This document shows positions 1-15,469 of a stretch of 64,000 nt of DNA, one piece after another. Position numbers and translations under genes: made by a program. Every line of letters begins with the position of its first letter. Position 1 is the stretch's first letter. A model generated the notes under the pieces. The model did no database searches. It was not told the DNA's origin and saw only the letters and a program-made list of their open reading frames with translations. The DNA lies in contig OZ199839.1 of assembly GCA_964304625.1 (NCBI GenBank), positions 5,896,311-5,960,310 of the forward strand, in the 5' to 3' direction. The DNA comes from Kudoa neothunni. Taxonomy: Eukaryota > Animalia > Cnidaria.

Positions 1-78
1 ACTAAATATACTTCTAAATATAATTGAAAAATTTGCTCAAACTCAATCTATCACAATCTGTCGCCAACCATCGATATC

Positions 79-113
79 GACATAGAAATAGATAGAGATA
101 GATATAGATAGAT

Positions 114-148
<35 letters not shown>

Positions 149-156
149 TAGATATA
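79..156. repeat. (GATA)n/(GATATA)n microsatellite
   Basis: Run of gatagatagata... with interspersed gatata units. Confidence 0.95.
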
Positions 157-497
157 ACGGTTGGTCCCTATTCATAAAATTAAATGGCGCTTTACATTTA
201 TCAGATTAATGTGGTGGATAGTTGAATTTCATTGTTCACCGTTTAATAGCAAAAAATCTAACTACATAAATATGTGATTTTTTAAAAGTGATATCAGATA
301 CAATATTATTCTTTGTTAAACATTATGAACAGGCGATAACATTTTAGTCCGACTTTACGCGATCAGCCATTCGACAAAAATCGTCTTCAGCAAATACACC
401 TATAAACTGCTTGATAACTTGGTTAAATTTTAAATTCATTACATCACCATATTTGGAAACATATTATCTATTCTTCTTTTTCTTTTTAAAGTGTTAA

Positions 498-3400
498 ATG
501 GATAATAACCAAAGCAACGAAGACGACTATCTCAATTACGATGAAATTATCGATGAAGCTGAAATTGATCAAATAATTCAGATTGATGAATGCGAAGGTG
601 AGTGTGAGACTAATAATGAAATTTTTAATTTTCTCAAATTTTATTTCAATGAGTTAATCGATGGTTGCTAGGCCCAGAGGACGAATCTGACGACAATCTC
701 AACGAGGAACCATTAACTAACGACGAATTCACATGTATGGATCCCGATATTGAAATCAACACTCAACAGGAAACTTTTATTGCCCATCAAGGTAGGTGGT
801 TATTTGAAACCTTCAAAATGTTACCGATTCCTGACGAAGGGGGGAGTTGGTTTGAATATTATTGGATTTTTTTAAAGTTGATTGTAGGTTCTTGTTTCTG
901 TAGCAATATATCGAGTACCGAGACTAACGATTTCACTCAGTGTATCCTTACCGGCGGAGAAGATGATTATTTTTGTGCGTACGATTCGATCAACTTCCAA
1001 AAAATCTACCAACATAGTATTTGAATATTAGCTCGTTATTCAAATGAATTTCCTGTCACTCTCAATCAAGAGCATTGTGACTCGGTGGTGTCTGTTGGTT
1101 TCAATTCCACCTTCGACTATTGTCTGAGTGCTGATATGGCGGGTACTGTGAATATTTACAAATACCCAATTTGGTCAAACCCCGAATTCACCCTAGAGAC
1201 CACAGATCTGGATGTACGTGGTTTCTTTTAATTTATAAGGGTTAAATCTGTTTTCTGCTGAAAGTTAATCATTTAATTTTTTCGTAAACAAATAATAATT
1301 AAAAATTGAGATTAAATCTAAATATATTTTGGCTATATGAATTAATATTATTATTCAATTCAATAATTAATTGTTTTCGTAATATTTCAATATATATTTT
1401 TTATGCATTTTTAATATTCCGATAAAATTTTTTATTAATTTATTCGGTTCACTTCGTGCCGATAATTATCCCTCGAATTAGGCTTTGTTGTAAAATTTGT
1501 AATTGAACACTCCTATATACAGTAAAGTCCGATTAGAATATTCGCTAATTATCAAGAAATTAAAATTATGGTTCAATTTAACAACTGATTCATTATATTA
1601 GAATTTAAATACAGTTTACGTTTGATAGTTGCCTAGTAATTAATTGACTTCTAATTGATCAGATTAAATAATATAAAATATTGCTAGAGAATGGTTGTTG
1701 TTAGAGCAATCAAGTAGGGAAATTCATTTATTTTTATTGTTGAATTAATTAATTAATTCTAATCCATCACTATGCTCCTATGGATAGAAATAACTGAATC
1801 TATCAGATTATCAAAAGATTAACTTTCTATGTCAGATATGAATAGAAATTATTAAGATAAAAAATAATGACATTTAAATCTCGATTATAATTAACATGTA
1901 TTGTAAGATTAGTAACGTTTGTTGGTCTGAATGCGCATTATTTATTTTAGTCCGCATGTAACAAAATTTAGTATTTTGCTTACATATATAGAAATTTATA
2001 CTTGAAAGTAATTGAATTATTTTTTGGTGTTGAAATAGCAGAAGTGAATCCCATATTTTTTGTTCACTTTAAACAACTACCTTATTAATAAGGTTAATAA
2101 GGTGGTTGGAGTTTTTCGACGTTTCTAATGCGCGCCGATTTTAATGATAAAGTTTTTAATGCATTTCGTGTGTTAGCTAGAGCGAAAGTATAATTAAAAA
2201 TTGCCACAAATCGACCTTATTTGTTGGTGTTAAGATCTTTTATCACAGGAATAAAAGTTATGGTATTCGGTGGGCATAAAAAGCCTCGAAATCTCTCAAC
2301 CATACTAATGAATATAGGATATTATTTGGCTTTACCCTACTTAAAATTTTTCGTAGGTTGTCTGCGCGAAAATTTTTAAAATCTTTCTCACAAGTTATAT
2401 ATAAATTTCATTTATTAGAATCTGCTAGATTTAATTATTTCTAACATGCCTCTTATTTTTAGAGACCAGAAATAATCAAATATATCATATTTTAATAAAT
2501 TTAAATCCGGAAACAGTTTGTAAATAAGAGTTGTTAAGATTATAAATTTCCAATGTGTGGGCGTATATGCCCCTTTAAGATTAAAATTAACGTACCAATA
2601 TTCTCTGCCTTATGTATTATGTATAGTCCAGATTTACGCGGATCGGGAGCAAATTTTAAAGTTTCCAAAATGTTCAAGAGCCACAAAGCGTTAAAATCAT
2701 TATGTAATAACCCTTCCTTATTTATAGCTTATATTATTGGAAAATTTAAATAGACTAAGAAAAAAATGGTGTAGAATTATAAATTACAATTTAAAAAATA
2801 AAAGGATTTTTAATTTTTTTCTCAATCAGTTAATCGCTGGAAAACTTATAATTCTTACAAATATAATTTATGATGGTTTTTCCAAATAAGTAAATTAATA
2901 GTTAATGATCCAAGAAACTTGTTCTCTATTAAAATGGTCGTATTAATAATATTTTTCATATTTAATCATGTATGGTAATCTGACAAAAATTGAATAAAGT
3001 AATATATGAATTTAATGCTTTCGAACAAAATTTTTTAGAGATTATTTCTAACGTTACAAGTTTTTTTATATTTCCATATTATCATTGAGCTGACGGTAAT
3101 CTGGTTCGTATGCTGTTGACGCTGTACGAATTAGTACCATCAAGTGTTTTTATGTTGATTCTGCGATGCCTCGATTTTATAAACTCACAACAATAAGTTT
3201 TTATAAAGATAGTAAAGTAACATTAACATGTTTGAGGCAAATTTTCTTTTATTTTTGAGTGTTTAGTTTCTTGGGACGTATTTCCAAAATTCGCTTAGTG
3301 AGTTGAAATTAAGAATCATCCTTAAAGGCTTTAATGCGTGTTTTATTTCATTCTTTATCTATCAGTTTGGTAATTGATAAACAATAGTTCTAATTGTATT

Positions 3401-5240
3401 GTCTAATTAAACTGGTAATAATTCTAGTTTTCGTAAAAATATTAAAAACTATACGGTAGTTTGTGACTATGTTTCCAATCAAAAATGTTATCTAGTCTAC
3501 TATTAAAAGAGTTCATTTCTTCATATGATTAAATAGTTTTTTCCGGATTATCGTGTTGGTGCATGTTGAATCAAAAATATTCAACTTAACAAAATTTTTT
3601 TCAAAAGTTGCGGTTTGGCCACCCTTGATATACTCAATATTCAAGCTAATGCATGTTGAATATTATTTACCTCTCTAATATTCACTTTTTTCAAAATTCC
3701 CATGAAATCAACAATCCATAATTATAAAGGATTAATTTAAAAAAATCCCGGATATTAACGATTATTTTCTCTAATTAATTCCAAATAAAACTCAATCATG
3801 ATGTATTAATAATATTTTGCAATATTTAGTGGTGCGTGTTCCATCCAAAAAATTCCCAAAGTTGTGGTAGGTGGTCTGAAAAAATTGGCAAATTCAACTT
3901 TGGGAACTTCCATCTTGTCAATATCGGCTACTGATACCAAACAATACCACATGTTAATGGAAATGAAATCAATGAAGCAGCTATAGAATCTGCCCCTCAA
4001 GTTGGTTTTTTTCCATGAGAATCACATTTTTGCTAGCGGCTGGTTATGGGGACGGTTCTATTTACGTATGGAATATTAAAAGTGGCACCGCTGTGCATAA
4101 ATTTCAGCGTATACAATTATTTAAATACACATAGAAGTTTCTCAATATCGACAATCTAGCATACACAGAATCCGGATTAATTTTCGTGGCTAAAATTCAA
4201 TTAAATTTCACTATTCACAAAATTATCAGTTCCAATTTTTCGATCATGATTATTAAAAAAATTTATTTCTATCATTTTCTCTTATGCTTAAATTTAAAAA
4301 GTTCTCAACGTTAAAATTTTTAAAATTTATTCTCATCACGAACATTAATCCAGATTAATTTGATATATTGTTGATGTTGGAACAGCCTTTTAAAATATAA
4401 CAAAAAATTTTTCTCACTTAGACAACTATGCACTTAAAGGCGCCATCACTTCGTTGGCTGTATTCCCGAACGATGTTACTATAGCTGCTGGTTCAGATTC
4501 GTCACCAAAGATTAGAATATTTGACGCCGTGAGAGGGGAGGTATTAGTTCGTATGTGAAATTTAATTAAAATAAAAAATCTCATGGTAGTTGATACGTGA
4601 GCTTACTCATTACAAACAATGTGACCCATCGTCGACCGAAACTATAGTGATAAGCCAGACGTACTTATCTTTCTGTTGTTATTTTGTATTCAACTAACAA
4701 AGCATTAATTATAACCAGTTCCGAGTACCTGTTGTGTGGGACGTTGATCGACGCCGACACTGTTCAAGAGGTACAAATTGGTATTGGTGGTCAACTATCA
4801 ACATGGAACACTATTACCGGTGTGCTCCATGATATCATTAATTTTAAAGTGAGAATTTTCGCTACAATACTCCAAAAGCATATTCACATATTAATTTAAT
4901 CCATCATAACCTTAACAGGATGGTATCACCAAAATATGTCTGCTGACAATAAATCCGCATTGGATTGTGGCTGGGTTTCTCAATGGATCGATTGGTGTGA
5001 TAAATTTTGTGACCAACGAAATTCTCTCGTTCTTAAATCCCCACAATAGTGCCGTATTAAGCTTATCTTTTCAAAGGTAGTTCGAATACCGAGTTTTGTT
5101 TGTGTACAATCAACACCACACCACACCACATCATTAATCTGTTTCACTGTAGCTACGACAAAATAATCCTTTCTTCCAGTGACGATGGTACTGTGATGTG
5201 TCTTCGTATAAGTGACGTTGATATGGATACCACCAATTAA
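498..5240 (+). CDS. AAMP: WD40-repeat protein, AAMP/Sqt1-like (ribosomal protein uL16 chaperone family); multi-exon
   Basis: Spliced by hand with GT-AG introns: exons 498-597, 672-791, 888-1016, 1071-1213, 3830-4108, 4422-4540, then four more short exons to TAA at 5238-5240. Acidic N-terminus, then ILTGGEDD, HCDSVVSVGFN...SADMAG, DLD|WCVFHP, AAGYGDGSIYVWN and LSSSDDGTV, matching AAMP motifs. Exon 3830-4108 needs five 1-nt corrections (see findings). Confidence 0.8.
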
Positions 5241-5410
5241 CATATTATATCACCCTTAGTTTTTACTGAATGTATACACCTGTTCAATTATACACATCCA
5301 TGGTGTTTTATTAGCGTGTTATATTTTAAAATAAATGATCGGATTATATAATTATACACAGAAGGGATATTTCAGTTGGAGGATTAACTCTTTGAAATCG
5401 TGCATTAAAT

Positions 5411-6129
5411 ATGGCTGCCGACTCTGATCAACTTTCGCAAGATAAACCACAAGACCAATCAACTGCCAATACCTCTTCTGTTCCTACACACGAACCAACA
5501 GATGTACAGGTGGACGTACCAACTGAAGAAGGAAAAGTTGAAACCATTGAACACTTCCACGGCGATAAAAATGATCCAACCAATGACCATACCAATAAAA
5601 AATACACCAGACGTATCGTGATTCCAATGGATGGAAGTGAATGTGGAAACAGAGCTCTTGAAAGTAGCTCGCCTAATAATCAACATGAGATATTCACATG
5701 TATAATATAGTTTATATGTCGAAATTCCATCAACCAAATGATTATGTGGTGTTTGTACATATCCATCAACCGCCTACATTGAGCGGACTATCATTGGCAG
5801 CTGCTCCCACCCTCTACATGTCTCAGGAATATCGTCGAAGTGTTGAGGAAAGTGTAATCAAGTGTCAACAATATGGACAACAACTCAAACAACAAGGAAT
5901 CAATCTGAATCTTCAATTCAAAGTGGTGTTGGCTACAGTTCAAGGAAGAGGTTGTGGAGATACTATTTTGCGTATTGCTCAAGAATATGATCCCTCGTTG
6001 ATTATTATCGGAAGCAGGGGTCTTGGTACCTTTTCCAGGTTCATGCTGGGAAGCACTAGCGATTATCTGGTCCACCATTCGGAATTACCCGTTTGTGTTG
6101 TGCCACCAGCTCATCACTCTTCAAAATAA
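5411..6129 (+). CDS. Universal stress protein (USP domain) with a ~65-aa acidic/low-complexity N-terminal extension
   Basis: ORFs 5411-5710 and 5698-6129 join in frame across a 47-nt GT-AG intron (5664-5710). Motifs RIVIPMDGSE, VVFVHI, IIIGSRGLG...MLGSTSDYLVHHSELPVCVVP, including the G-x2-G-x9-G(S/T) ATP-binding motif. Confidence 0.92.
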
Positions 6130-6353
6130 TACGATCATTTATCGAATTAAAATTTTATCTGATGCGAATTTGTGTTATTATTTAACTTTCTCGCTTTTTT
6201 TGCTATTTTGTTACTTGCGCATACCAATGGGAGTCTGTTTGTTGGGGATTTAGTGGTTTGTTTGCGTGATGTCACACCTCCCCTACAAATCTTATGACAG
6301 CTTGTTTATTTGTCGTCGGGGATCGTTTTTAGCTGGTTTTCCTCTGTAGACCG

Positions 6354-8622
<2,269 letters not shown>

Positions 8623-8989
8623 CCAACCATGCTTCTCGTTCATCTTATTGATTATCATTTGATTAATATTTCAGAAATTATTCGTTCTATTTAATATTTC
8701 CAGTTTCTTATGCTCCAACTATCTAAAAAATCTTTTTTGAGTGGGTGGTTTATATGTTAATATTTTTTATTCTATCATGTTTTGAGGTGAATATTCGAAT
8801 TAGTTGATAATTTTAGGATTAGCGTTTCATTTTACTTATTCTAATATAATTAGTAACCAATTTTATATAAATTTCATAAAACAACATATGTTAATAAAAT
8901 ATACAGTGTGAATTGTTTGATTTCAGTTTTATTATTTTATGTGAATTTCAAGAATTTTAAGGGGTCAATATTTAATATAAAATAGAAGC

Positions 8990-9330
8990 AATAAAATCAC
9001 ATGATTATTTAAGTTTCACGCGCATTTCTAAAAACATTATCTACAATTAAAATAAGGGGAATAAAATGATTATAATTAATTTGATAGTATCTTATGAATT
9101 TTAATATGCTGGAAATTAATGTAAAGAATTAAAAAAGTAAAAATCACGTGAATATAAAAAGTTTAACGCAGATTTCTAAAAATATCATATTTTGTAAATC
9201 GCAAATGAAAATAATATAATTTTTTAATATTTTGTGGTTTTTAAGGAAGTAAGAATTAAAATAAGATTGAAAAGAGTAAAAATAAAACCACGTGACGGTG
9301 GAATTTTTAAGCTAAATTTTCTGAGTTGGT
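8990..9330. repeat. Degenerate ~145-bp tandem repeat (about 3 units)
   Basis: aaaatcacatga...tttctaaaaa (8993), aaaatcacgtga...tttctaaaaa (9140), aaaaccacgtga...tttctga (9284). Confidence 0.45.
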
Positions 9331-11768
9331 GCTATTTAATTTATTCTTAATGTTCCATAAAATACAATAAAAACAGAAACACTCCTTATACACAAAAATT
9401 AATATTAAATTCAGGAGTTTTACCTTCAGACGGAAAAAACTATTATATTTCACTTTAACATGCTAAAATATTTACTTACATTTTTGATTTTTAAATACAA
9501 CTAAGAAGTCTATATAAACTCTGAATATTAAAATTTTTAATCTTCCTAAGAAAATCAATTAACGAGAATAATAATTTCCCGAAAATTACGTTTAAAATTA
9601 AATCTGATGGAAATGATACAGATAAAATTACGTGTTGCGTAAAAATACAACAACTAAAGTAGTGTAATACGAAACTGTATCTTAAAATGTAACCAATGGT
9701 TGCTTTTATGACATAAAAAAATTGTAACATCTACGAATAAATTTTTTAGCGAGACTCTTAATGCTTAATGGATTGAATTATCACTTCCATGTGGAGAGCT
9801 CAAACAACTATGTATAGAATTTGTTGTTGATTAAATTTACCTAATCAATGAGACTATTTATCTAACAACCAACAGCTTGATATAATTAATAATAATAAAA
9901 TTTCAGTATATTATCCAATTAATAACTAAGTTATATAGCAACATATAAACAGATTTTAACACTGTGAGCTGTTCCGTAGAGAGTTACAATATTTAGAATT
10001 TATAGAAATAAAGTTGTTTAAGTTAATGGTTACTTTTTAATTTATATCAAGTGGGATTTATAGAATAATTCAACATATAAGCTCACGTAGCGTAAGTGAT
10101 TAATTTTACATACTTTTCACAAATCGCAAGAAATGATCTAAGAGCGGAATCTATCGTAAAAAATACATTTGTTCTGATTATTTAATTTTTATTTCAATAG
10201 AATTACTTAGGTTTAAATATTTTTATTCAATTTTTAGTGTAAATCATAATTTCAGTTTAATAATTTTTCCATATATATATTTCAAAAATATAATTCTATA
10301 ATATTCAATCAACTATAAAAGTAATAAAAATAACGAATTAAAATTAAGTTTTTATAGTTTACGATTATTAACAGAACAATATTAGATAAAAAATATTCAT
10401 TTAATTATTTTAATTAAAAATAACTAATAAATATAGCTCATATATTTATATATATATATATATTAATTTTACAATAATGATTTAACTGATTTATTTTATT
10501 AAAAATTATTAATTTATCATGTAAAACTTTATTAAGTAGAATCCATAAATTAAAAAAAATCACGATTGTTATAATAATAAATATACCTTTAAAATGTAAT
10601 TATTTAATTAATGTATAAAAAGTTTATAGAAATGATACTAACTTTATTTGCCAAAAATTGATGATGTTTTGCATGCTTTAAATTTATATTTTTGAATAAT
10701 CAATTTTTTTTAATGAAGACTCTTCTAAATAAATTAATATAAAACTAACCAAGAAAAGTCACATCTAAGTGGAATACAGAATATGTAATTGTTGTGCCAA
10801 GCAGATTTTTTTAAAAAATTCAAAGCCAAAAATGACAGATACTTATAGAAAACAAGATTATAATTTTTTAATTTTTATATAATATAAGAAATACTAAGCA
10901 ACATATATGTAACATGTTTCTGATCCAATTTAAATTAATCAAGAACTAGTAGTGTTTTCATTTTATGAGATAAAGATCTCTTATTATCAGTCGTATATAT
11001 AATTGAAGTTTACTATCCTGTTTTGATTTAAAAATAAGTAAACATCAAATTTATCCCCAAAATACACACACACACATTTATATATATAATTTTTAGAATT
11101 TCAAATAGATTAGTATCAAATTACATTTATTTTTTGGAATAATTAAAAATAATTTTATATTCAGACATTCTAATTAGAAAATATTTTGAGCGTATCAAAA
11201 TTCATCCACAATATTTTTAACATTTAAAAAATATATTTGATACTCAGGGCGTTGTATCAGTATTATTTAAACTAAATTACATAGTATATTTTGTTTTTTA
11301 GTTCAACTAAAAATATCTAATTCTCCATATATCGTTGAATCTGCATTACTTACATATATAATGTTGTTTAAGAATTTATATATGATTAATGACCACTGTT
11401 AAATATAAAGAGACACTTAAAATCTATCATCAAATTAAAATCAGGTAATCAACTCGTTCAGTAAGTAATTTATTAGGATGGGTACAAAATCTAAATATAA
11501 AAATTATTTTTTAAATTAAAAACTTGAATTAATATTTAAAATGCATTTTCAGAATATGATTATTAAAATGAAACTAACGATGAAAGAAATTTATTTAAAA
11601 AAGTTGAAAACAATATAACGATGGCTCAAACTACAGGAATATTTCCAGTTATGGATAATATAAATGTATATTAATATTTTTTTAAAACTTCTAGGTCTAA
11701 TACGCAGCAGTAAATTGTGAAAATATACAAATTCATTATAAAACATTATTTTATTAAAAATAAATTAT

Positions 11769-12267
11769 CTATGTGTTTTTGGTGGCATCACTTTCATTGA
11801 CGGGTTTTACCGACAAATCCACCGAGAAATGTTTCAGCGTATTTTTCAGGCTTTCAAAGGGAATGGTTTTATTTTCGGCTAAGTAATGCGCATACTCACG
11901 ATCCTGGAGCATGGTAAACAGTTCTTCCCTGGTCAAACAGGTGGAATGATCCTTTTCTTGGGTATTAGTCGCGCGATTCCATTCATCAAACCCAACTGTG
12001 TTTTCCGCAGATTCATTCAGCTGAATTGAATTCATATTGTTAATTAAATTTGGTGGAACATTCAGCAATTCTAAAAATTTAAAATTAAATTTTTAGTTTT
12101 GTTTAAAATATACTATCGACAACTGAGGCATTGGTTTGTGCTGGATTCACGGAGTGGTCGTTTGATGGAGTATCGAATTTTTTAGATTTTATCGTTTTAT
12201 TACTAGTTTTAATGTTGTAAAGAATGTGGGGGCTATCTGAGAACAAACGAGATACAATTACTCCCAT
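11769..12267 (-). CDS. Hypothetical 151-aa protein, two exons, N-terminal MGxxxS myristoylation-like motif
   Basis: ATG at 12267. A 43-nt GT-AG intron (12113-12071) joins the two listed ORFs in frame (154+302 nt = 152 codons). The segment is GC-richer than its flanks. No family recognised. Confidence 0.7.
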
Positions 12268-13069
12268 GAGAACCGTTGCCAACCGCAAACTTCTCGAGTT
12301 TAGCAGTCACACCTTGGTCGCGCATCCTAACTATGATTTAAACTTTTAATAAAGATCACATAAAAAATTTAAAATTTATTGTTAAATCCAAGAATGAATT
12401 AATATATATTTCTTCAATTTCTTATGCATCATTTTTACACATCTAAAATAGCGATTTTATTATTTGTTAGTCTATATTTGCGCGTGCGTGAAAATAAAAA
12501 ATAAAAACTGATGTTTTATTATATGTAAAATAATACAATAAGTTATTTAATTCAGATAATCGATTTCAAATATTGTGTTTCATTAATAATACACATAAAT
12601 TTCAAAAAAAATGAAATATATTAAGTCGAATCGTAAAAATATGAATTAATTATCGCTAAAAAAATAATCTAAACTTATACAAATTCAATCACCACTATTT
12701 AGTGTTTAGCTTTAATTATTATTATCATTATCATTATTATTACCTGGCCATCTTTACATTTTTTGTTATAAATAATTTAATCTAAAAAATTCACCAAAAT
12801 TTTTCTTGGTTTATAAAGTTTATAAAGGGAATTTCAAGGATTATTTGTATTTCCACGCGTGTGTCGTTTACGCTTTAATTTTATTGATTATTTTTGGGTT
12901 GCCCTGTTACCGATAAAATTTCGTTTTTTAAAACCAATATATAATGAAGATTGGTGAGTCTAATTACATTAAAATGTATCTAGATATCTTTAAATTGGCC
13001 CTTTAAAATTATTCTTATATTTTTGTAAATCTTTACGTATTTCACTATTGAATTGTAAAAAAAAATATA

Positions 13070-14309
13070 CAGTAAGGTCTTGATAGTGCGATATTTGATA
13101 GTTGGTGTTTTTTTAAAACCTCAGTATTTTATATTGTATATTTTTGATGTATACAACATTTTAGTTTAACGCTGTATACGAAAATATGAAATAACATTTA
13201 TTTGACGCGATTTTGGTATAATTCAAGGCTTCGCTATTGTACATTAGTTACTTCAATTTTTAATCCAATTAATCCACCAAATTACACCTACACATTCGAA
13301 AGGTCGGCGTTCTGAGAGAAAAAAATTTCGATAAAAAATTGAAATTATTTAGTATTATCATTCAATTAAACCTATCTGAAATTTATATAAATGAGTCTAG
13401 AGCATCATATCGAATATATTCTGTTATTGTGAGTTTTATTCAAATTAGAATAGGTTATTCTTCTGTGAATATTATTTCGACTAATAAAACTGATATAATA
13501 AACTCCAACGTTTCTCCCAATCTTTAAAGGATCGCAAATACAAAATGTGTTTAATTTGAAATTGGGTTATATGACTGGATGATATCGGAACCTAAAAAAG
13601 ACGAATATTCTAGAGTATTTAATCACTGAAAAGACAAAATTGTTGAGATGATCTTGAAACCATTGGTTTCAGTGAAACAAAGGCCGACATGAAATTTTTA
13701 AGAGATGTTTGTGTTTTGTAAATTAGTTCTGTGCGAAAAAAGCGGAGAATATTGATGATATTATTTTTGCTCGGGGAATTAAGTAGATTTGAAAAAGAAA
13801 ACATTAAATCTTGGTGAGACTGCTCTTTTCTGAACATTACACTCAACGAACATCTATTTATAAGCGATAAAGTTTATGTAAAATTAAAAGGAAATGAATC
13901 ACTAAAAAACATAGTCATCACATTCTAGTCTGATTAATTTACAAGAGAATAATTGACCCACAATTTGTCATTGATAAATTCAAAGATAACGACTGGTTTA
14001 AAGGAAATTATTGGTTTTCCTGTTAAATACTACGATCGATAAAATGAAAGAATGTTTTAAACTCTCTATTTGTATTTTAAAAATCTTGATCAAAAGTTAG
14101 CGAAAAAGCAGGGACGGATCTTATATTGTTAGATTGGTGCCATTCATATTCATAAATAATTGATTTTGAAAAATATATATTATTTCTCCTTAACAAATAA
14201 AAATTCTATTATTATAACGCATGCGCAAAGATTCGATATTGGCAGTGACTTCGTATTGAGAACTAAAAGCTCAGGTACCGATTTAGTGAACTATATTGAG
14301 ATCTTACTG
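13070..14309. mobile_element. ~1.24-kb non-autonomous TIR element, TA target (Tc1/mariner-pogo-like ends), copy 1
   Basis: TA|CAGTAAGGTCTTGATA ... TATTGAGATCTTACTG|TA; similar along its length to 45083-46342 and 57145-58385. Confidence 0.8.
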
Positions 14310-15049
14310 TATTTTGTTTGTAATATTCTTTAGGGTTGTCAATAAAATATCGGGTAATGATAAAGTTTGTAGCACCTAAAAACCGTCCTCTTGCGCATGT
14401 CTTTTCGCATTTTTTGCACCTTTAATAAAAAATAAAAGAATATGGAGTGCGAACATTCAGCTTAAATTATAAACTAAAATTATGAGAATTTTTCATTTAA
14501 ACGCAGAAGTCGGATATTTGTGTAATCTCCATCTTTTTATCAACAAACATTGAATCGATCATTAGTCTGTTTTGATACTTATTCATAAACTGATTCTCTT
14601 TCATATTTTTTATCATATGGACACATACGTTACAATATCCAATTTTATTTCAATGTTTTACACATACTTCAAGATAAAACAAATTAATATAATCATTTTT
14701 AAATATTAGGTTCCTTAGTTTACATAATAATAACTAAATAATTTCTTAATTTCTAATAAAAAATTTAATAAAAAATAATATAAACTAAAACAAATCTTAC
14801 TACATTAATATCTGTATTTAAAATTTCACAAAGTATTTTTTTACAATGAAAAATGATGTTTTTGTGAACTTGGCCAAAAGTTTATTAGTTTATTATTAAA
14901 GTAAGTTTGTATAAAATTTTCATGTATCAATAATAAATAATCTAAATAGTAATAATAAATAACTTTTGAGTTAATAACTAAGAAGGAAACAAAATGATTA
15001 TATGTTTGTTGAATAAAGTGCATTAAAGATTATGCGGTGTCAAAGAATA

Positions 15050-15469
15050 TTAATTTGAGTAATAAAAATTAATTTTCTTGTGTTTTCTCCATCTCTATTA
15101 CTTTTTCTATTTTTTACCCTTTAAAATGTTAGTGGTGCACATATTTTCCGTGACGTTCCAGAATTCGACTTTTAAAATCCCCCGGTAAAAAAATATCGTA
15201 TTAGATTTCACTTTAAGAGGGATTAAATAATTTAGCGTTAGTGCCGGGACAAGACATTGTTAATTTATTACCAGGATTGATACAGATACACTCCTGCACA
15301 GAAATGAACATGATTTAAATTTCGAAATAAAAATTGACAAAATATGTTGTTTAAAACATTTAGTTTGACTACTCTATAAATCAAATTGAAACATAATATT
15401 TTTTGATTGTTATAAAGAAACGTTTCTATGAGAAATATTACCCGAGTAACGCTGGGCAGTTGGCGCTAA
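15050..15469 (+). mobile_element. Helitron-like non-autonomous element 3' portion
   Basis: Inverted diverged copy of 40412-40900; ends cccgagtaacgctgggcagttggcgCTAA (GC hairpin plus CTRR). Confidence 0.55.

Noticed and set aside
79-156. GATA repeat as telomere or CRISPR-like array
   Set aside because: Simple microsatellite with no spacers; eukaryotic context.
1519-1780. Possible TIR (tacagtaaagtccgattag) in the long AAMP intron
   Set aside because: No convincing partner end found.
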